From Williopsis jadinii (Eukaryota), in contig AP024667.1 in the NCBI GenBank assembly GCA_024346625.1, positions 620,001-684,000 of the forward strand: a DNA stretch of 64,000 nt, written 5' to 3'. A program made the position numbers and the translations under genes. Below the pieces are notes generated by a model. That model worked only from the letters and a program-made list of their open reading frames with translations. It made no database searches and was not told the DNA's origin. Shown piece after piece: positions 60,101-64,000 of the stretch; within the stretch, counting starts at the first letter, position 1; each line of letters starts with the position of its first letter.

Positions 60101-60536
60101 ATTCCGAGAGCGATGTCATGTTCTGTTTAGAAGATTCGACAAGTCTCTCCAGTATTTCTAATATCAGCGTCCCGGTAGTCAGATCACCAGTCTCATCAGC
60201 AAACAGTAGAATGATAGCACACAAGTCAGGCTCAACGAGATTACAAGTATCATCACTCAAAGCGCTGAACCTTTGATAAAAGTCATCAACCAACGGGATG
60301 ATACATTCGTCATCAGTTAAACAGTCCGAGAATGGTTGAACGTATTCCAGCAGCTCACCTCCCGTTTTACCATCAAACGTCAAGGCGTTCGTTAAGAGGA
60401 TCAGGGCGATGTCACTCGTTGAGACAGTTTTCGGCTGTTGTTTGTCATACTCAGCCCTCAATGACTCCACAATCTCCTGTGGGGTGCCTTCAAGCAAAGA
60501 GGTGTACAGATCAGCGATTTCGTCACTTATTACCAT
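54123..60536 (-). CDS. BPH1: BEACH-domain protein Bph1
   Basis: PH-BEACH (KWQNGEMSNFYYL...GRTFNDLTQYPVFPW, YGTHYSS, DVRELTPEFF) plus C-terminal WD40; 2137 aa. Confidence 0.96.
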   Translation of the reverse strand: MVISDEIADLYTSLLEGTPQEIVESLRAEYDKQQPKTVSTSDIALILLTNALTFDGKTGGELLEYVQPFSDCLTDDECIIPLVDDFYQRFSALSDDTCNLVEPDLCAIILLFADETGDLTTGTLILEILERLVESSKQNMTSLSESQDFIDTLLKPMRGPEVNDNILRRLDLLSLLELKPAHLVQLVNAALEFKDSGVGNLYTERLIRFAHKKDDSHIQLDTSSVTFQLSSDTIFKSFTIQMWINFNNIDEQSRQFLSIDGRTNLKLEGSQISVYHKDTLIGSFDSYEITENKYYHIVLIHKSSSSGDRLRAKLNLYINGDFIQYIRCPFPFADDEAILDKKHREFAVTLGSSDSSIDVACLNIFSGSLPFEWVALSYYLGPNYRDLYQDDDLVRFLNYQGRAWFNLHLLDASTLSNSEIDLTKLELQVPKHDRLLNFNVDTFRSLHFQTDGLRLLSDRHTVIGKVMVYKSVDVSETFYSIAALNLVFMLIEKASSMKSLYQAVQLLLELVDTNWKLIREMEYTNGYSLLGTLLKAKKVEFKRTFDIEFFDLLLGLVGYNFHNPFNSVIMNELLYEQVVLDFSLWKSLPNEEHEGDLEVLKFLNFQVIAFAKECKYNSFNIQKMKKIKLVKRFLGHLIQGSFPEKVKEELQDALCLVVRTHMSVDTVKNVASFIVYSLNEKHESNAILGLNVLASIYLDTGLVNGYHWKKLCSPVNMKYIFLLFQLGKKNKTVVDCALTLLVKLFLMSSQTHDVFLKNNGVHIVLALMREIKIDVEIDILINGSFGKYQSDLIFSRLDRDASMAKFGQVVFPELHHLILDLLEWTVLNDIFQTDDHSDTIAQIDGYTRFLDKAFDTNAIFSGVFGHDKAFIKKLCNFVLLLNKTRNAGIYFDSSDRLIEVMASRVLSKLLNSDLQAVDAYLNEILHDPENPADSVTPVVYLALVFPKVLFHLSNFSSEFETLLRVDSIKFSNIALFLNLLYPELLTFEWSAKDYFNYLSVVLTIVEAYKKSGKSLKNSQFIQLHKNITPIVNCLVLVLKDSESTEQQHKFLKVLMFHQENLFGSGAMSNDVANIICLLLQIAMLTDPAVSSLALNCLRIILMRSQDHLSSVCSSITYISHGTALRFLRNVMTASDEDILSMYKENKKVSDLFSNHLEAIVSKVTRKFSKDNFVTVDEKLQTLSSRHDDQVKQKYESIDKILPILENDNEILRQKLVHAETTMIVKYLKDQYDVIQFHLISYNKMKVVGNKRLGLFFGTYTGPSSWILGSMEGIDRMRKKLLPVDDLKIVQQLKNIIDVPMKKLNDSEAVHEQPHVEALSLNSFDMVEEDAIEDSMNNYNDRNRKVLKSLFYGDKIVEIWNVSRIIGLEIDEGILILGQAHIYFIKSYFHKADTDEIIDLEDAPENERDPNVKLIAGQNDITTRTASTEKHTVRSWVLEQLTSVTRRQFLFRDMALEIFFSNGASLLITCVHTRERDSIFSKISSVATNSNIDNDLSAILKETNLNKNTSKTLGSKISNVFHFSYDILDATKKWQNGEMSNFYYLVIINTLAGRTFNDLTQYPVFPWVIADYTSEELDLTDPKSFRDFSKPMGAQTPQRAQQFRERYEALESLQDDNSPPFHYGTHYSSAMIVASFLIRLEPFVQSFLLLQGGKFDHADRLFYSIEKAWKSASSDNTTDVRELTPEFFFLPEFLTNINGYDFGCLQDGTPVNDVVLPKWAKGDPKIFIERNREALESPYVSAHLHEWIDLIFGFKQTGPKAVEAINVFNHLSYQGGIDLDAINNDVERRSIIGIIHNFGQTPAQIFSKPHPARETSTLLKIDPTVVKRTPFLLYQTKFNEPIHYLQFKVQGDVLADSFWRGYPKLYLNGEIEVKRGRCEGSLVINRKTYENVHGEEITALARLNKDMFITGTKSGSIHVWKYVVVVKGFKEELHLDTKFMVHLESIKELKVSPEFNTLLSLDVSGRCYVWNTARHMFIRQIETTADHIAIAYDSALIATSLGTTVELYNINGSFICRKTFDSVNGTITALNFANSRTVSTIKINNVESHEYWKHIAILTTGWSNGEIRVDELVIEENGWNLVQMCELKFADSKEFNNKTGRVTIVESYLKSFVDYEETRGGRIEVVAGDSLGRVAVWR

Positions 60537-61218
60537 TTGTTAGACGATGGATAACACCGAACAATCTCTTCAGATATCAACAACAAAGTACAAAGGGTAA
60601 AACTATAAGGGAAAAAAAGGTTTGATGGGAAGATGGGAGCTTACGTTTTCCTAAAGCCTCATCATGGTGTAACTAAGGCGATATTTAGAACAGCCTGAGT
60701 AGTCCAGGGATAATTTCCATGCGCGCCCACAGGCCGAAAAACACACACACAGAGAGACTACGCCAAACTTTAGGTCAGTCGTGATGATGTGGTTTTTCCC
60801 TCTGCAGTTGGCCTGGCTCCCAGTTATGAACAGCTCGAAATCCTGTGGAAGATGAAACGACCGAGACTTTGCCCGGCTAAAGTCGTACTTGAGCTTATAC
60901 GTCCAAGTAAGATTGTACCTCACTTGATGAAGTACCCGAGGTCTGTAAGCGTCTAACACAAGCTGGCTTTTTTGAACGCATATTGGCGGGAGTTAATACA
61001 GAACCCAGTTGGGGAGACCCGGGATTACATAAGCGGGACTAGGTAGTATAGTAGTGATTTGTATTTTGCTGTAATAAATAGAACGAGAGAATCAAGGCCC
61101 TCTGTTATATATATATAAATATAAAAAAGAGGAAAACACACACAGTCATGTGGACGATGAATGTGGGAAAATAAATAAGTGGTGTTATAATAAATATCAA
61201 GTCATGCTGGTAAGTCCC

Positions 61219-61890
61219 TTAACGGTACGGAGTGTCGTAATCCAAACAGTACTGAATCTCTTGTTCCCATTTGTCACCATTGGCCAACAACTTTTCCTTA
61301 TTGTAGAGCAACTCTTCTCTAGTTTCGGTTGAGTACTCAACGTTAGGAGTCTCGACAATGGCGTCCACAGGACAGGACTCCTGGCACAAACCACAATAAA
61401 TACACTTTGTCATGTCAATGTCATACTTGTAAGTTCTTCTGGAACCGTCGAGTCTCTCCTCAGCCTCGATGGTGATGGCTTGTGCTGGACAGATGGCTTC
61501 ACACAACTTACAAGCAATACATCTCTCTTCACCGGATGGGTAACGTCTCAACGCGTGCTCACCACGGAATCTTGGGGAGATTGGACCTTTTTCAAAGGGG
61601 TAGTAAATAGTGTATGGAGCACGGAAGTACATTTCTAACACAATGTACATACCACGCAACATCTCGGACAGCAAGAAGAACTTCATCGCCTTGTCAATGG
61701 CGCTCTCACTAGATTCTTCCCATGTCTTTGGTGCTGGGATACGGAAACCTTGGGGATATGTGGATTCAACAGTACCAGCGGCAGCCAATGAGGGCTTGAG
61801 AATACTAGAGGTACAAGAGAATGGACGTACGAGAGGAACAACTCCAGGGAGTCTCGTACGAACAGAGCGTGTGAGGATCCTGTTCAACAT
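61219..61890 (-). CDS. Respiratory complex I TYKY/NDUFS8 subunit
   Basis: Presequence; two CxxCxxCxxxCP 4Fe-4S motifs; [21 protein letters not shown]. Confidence 0.97.
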   Translation of the reverse strand: MLNRILTRSVRTRLPGVVPLVRPFSCTSSILKPSLAAAGTVESTYPQGFRIPAPKTWEESSESAIDKAMKFFLLSEMLRGMYIVLEMYFRAPYTIYYPFEKGPISPRFRGEHALRRYPSGEERCIACKLCEAICPAQAITIEAEERLDGSRRTYKYDIDMTKCIYCGLCQESCPVDAIVETPNVEYSTETREELLYNKEKLLANGDKWEQEIQYCLDYDTPYR

Positions 61891-62516
61891 TTCTTTTTTC
61901 TGTTACTTTGATTCTTCTCCTTATTTGTTGATGTTGTTGTTCTTTCCTCCTCTCAACAATTTTAAGGAGTTTCTGATGCTTACTCGTTCGCTTTTGATTG
62001 GAGCGAGGAGAAAAAATTCTTACCGAGGTGTGGATGCCCTCGGAACTCACATTTCGTCAGCGGTATCCCGCGCGTCCACATACAAAAGGGCGCTTGAAAA
62101 TTCTTCAACTTCTACTCTTTAGCCAACGAGCTCTTTCCCCTTTTCCCTTCTCTATTGTACCAAGAACTCGTATTATTGTAGGGTATCAGTGACTTTTCTT
62201 CAAGGCTGCTACTCTCTACAACGAGTTCGAGAGAAGACCATTAACATTGGGTGGTGTTCCTAGCTGGAGCGGGCGTGTGGAAACACTTTGATACGCTATA
62301 TCGAAGAGTCTTCCGATGGCGTCATCTCCTTACCAAGGATCGAACATTTTTATACTTTAGCCGTTGAAAAGCTACAGGGCTTTAGAAGAGCATTGTAAAA
62401 CTGTCCCATAGTATTGGATAACGGAGATCCGTCTCTCGAACGTGATGAATACAGCGGAAAAAAGCCCTCATAAACTCATAATTTAAACAAAAGAATAACA
62501 AACGAAGTATATAATA

Positions 62517-63800
62517 TTAAGCTGTTTGAGCCTTCTTGGCCTCCTCCTCTTTCTTTCTGGCCGCCTCGTCTTGTCTCTTCAACATAGCGGTGTTCCAACC
62601 TTTGATTTCATCACTTTGCTCAACAAAGTGTGCAAATGGGTAGGATGGGAGGGTCTTCAATGGTGTATCCTCAGTAATCAAACCAAGATCGATTTGACGT
62701 TGAATGAGACCGTCCAAGTATGGCAAGAGGTGATCTCTCATTGCTGTGAAGTTCTTGTACTTGATGATGTCTTCTGGAGCCTCGTAGAAGATCTTCTTCA
62801 ACAAGGATGGGATGAGTGGCTCATCCTTCATCTCCTCGATGGAGTAGTAGACAGGGTGGTTTGTGAAGATAATAGCCTTGGTCTTTGGTAGTCTTCTCAC
62901 GGTTTGACGCTCAACACGGATGTTGAACTTACGCTCATCAACGCTCGAATCGACAGTCTCGCCTTTCTTCAAAGCGTAGACGTTGGAACAGAGTAAATTG
63001 TGATCCCAAGTACAGTACCAGGAAGCTCTTTCAACAGGATCAGCAGCAGTGGTCTTTGAGAACCATCTCTCCATGGATTTTTTCAACTTGGACTCGTAGT
63101 ATGGAACCTCAGAGTGGATGAAGTCCAAAGATTTTCCAATCTTATAGCTAATACCGAAAGAGCCACCTGGAAATGGGACAGCAGCAGCAACAAGGTAATG
63201 GTGACCATCTGCACGCTTTTGAACAATATAGAAATCTTCCTTAGCCATCTTGGTGACGTAGATCAGAGGGTGATCTTTCAAAGGCATAGAGAAGTCGAGG
63301 ACTTCGCCAGTCAGTTCGTTCTTAACGTGGACACCGTTGTCCTCGGATGTAAACAACAATGGATATCTCTTCAGCATGTGATCTCTCACTGTCTCCATAA
63401 GCTCGATACAAGCATCTTCAGACTCTGGCAGCCAATCAATGTTATCCTTACCGTATTCGTGGTAGATACGTTCCTTCTCTTGGATGTAATGCCAGTAATA
63501 CTTGTCCATGTCCAACCAGTGGTTAATGTCAAGCTTGAAGATGGACATCGTTTGATGGTATGGCCATCTGAACGGTCTCCATGGTCTGTCATCGTAAGTT
63601 TTGACCTGTTCTGGGGTGATGTACAATGGAGTTGGCTGTGGAGCTTCAGCATCCACATAATAAGCTGCTTTGACTGGAACAGCAGAAGGTGGTTTCTTGT
63701 CAGCAGCAGAACCTGATGACTTGTTTAAAAGTGTTATCAGTGGCTTGTATGCAACAGCTGCAAGCAAAAGAGCCACGAGGACCACGATAACTGGATCCAT
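62517..63800 (-). CDS. DUF3445/HRQ-family protein (heme-dependent oxidative N-demethylase alpha-like) with N-terminal anchor
   Basis: RPFRWPYHQTM, KIGKSLDFIHSEVP, RVERQTVRRLPKTKAIIF motifs; first ATG at 63800. Confidence 0.85.
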   Translation of the reverse strand: MDPVIVVLVALLLAAVAYKPLITLLNKSSGSAADKKPPSAVPVKAAYYVDAEAPQPTPLYITPEQVKTYDDRPWRPFRWPYHQTMSIFKLDINHWLDMDKYYWHYIQEKERIYHEYGKDNIDWLPESEDACIELMETVRDHMLKRYPLLFTSEDNGVHVKNELTGEVLDFSMPLKDHPLIYVTKMAKEDFYIVQKRADGHHYLVAAAVPFPGGSFGISYKIGKSLDFIHSEVPYYESKLKKSMERWFSKTTAADPVERASWYCTWDHNLLCSNVYALKKGETVDSSVDERKFNIRVERQTVRRLPKTKAIIFTNHPVYYSIEEMKDEPLIPSLLKKIFYEAPEDIIKYKNFTAMRDHLLPYLDGLIQRQIDLGLITEDTPLKTLPSYPFAHFVEQSDEIKGWNTAMLKRQDEAARKKEEEAKKAQTA

Positions 63801-64000
63801 TTTGAAGGTAGTGCAATAGTCTTTGGTTATCAAGTATACCTCTTAACATCATGTTCACCACAACAAAGGGTGGCTCGTCCCTTTTTATAGATCAACACTG
63901 ATAAACTCAACAGCAGTCCACATGATCCTATGGTTTACCCAAATCTGGCAATGATAGTCCCCCTCTATGTATCTTTAGCACTCATTCTGGCAAAGAAACC

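Noticed and set aside
60620..61100. Possible snoRNA upstream of BPH1 (snR189 lies there in S. cerevisiae)
   Set aside because: Could not identify a complete box set or guide pairing by eye; needs an Rfam scan
62190..62400. Protein-like fragments in two + frames
   Set aside because: No start, splice signals or family motif; too short to call a pseudogene
63114..63716. 200-aa ORF antisense to the DUF3445 gene, and similar antisense ORFs elsewhere
   Set aside because: Shadow frames produced by codon bias of the real genes on the opposite strand

Overview
Gene-dense window from a budding yeast (Saccharomycotina). It uses the standard code, has short GT-AG introns with TACTAAC-type branch points, and carries a respiratory complex I gene; this fits Phaffomycetaceae such as Cyberlindnera, though the species is my inference. 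It holds about 26 protein genes: APC1 (partial), a Zn2Cys6 factor, SFK1, ASK1, MDM35, PRI2, INO80, NUT1, a Q/N-rich protein, CCDC47-like, STK19-like, ECI1, PUT7, an APSES factor, a Mig-type repressor, SMB1, CHZ1, YPT31, a coiled-coil protein, APN2, POP8, EMC7, SLY41, BPH1, the complex I TYKY subunit and a DUF3445 protein. There is also one orphan ORF and one tRNA-Pro(UGG). Seven genes need intron-corrected models that the ORF track misses. The most notable unexplained signals are non-coding: a ~530-nt nested RNA fold between PRI2 and INO80, a telomerase-RNA-like arrangement at 5.6-6.15 kb (speculative), a 16-bp telomere-like Rap1-site tandem array, and a zipper stem in the YPT31 intron. All RNA pairings were found by eye and need computational and experimental testing.
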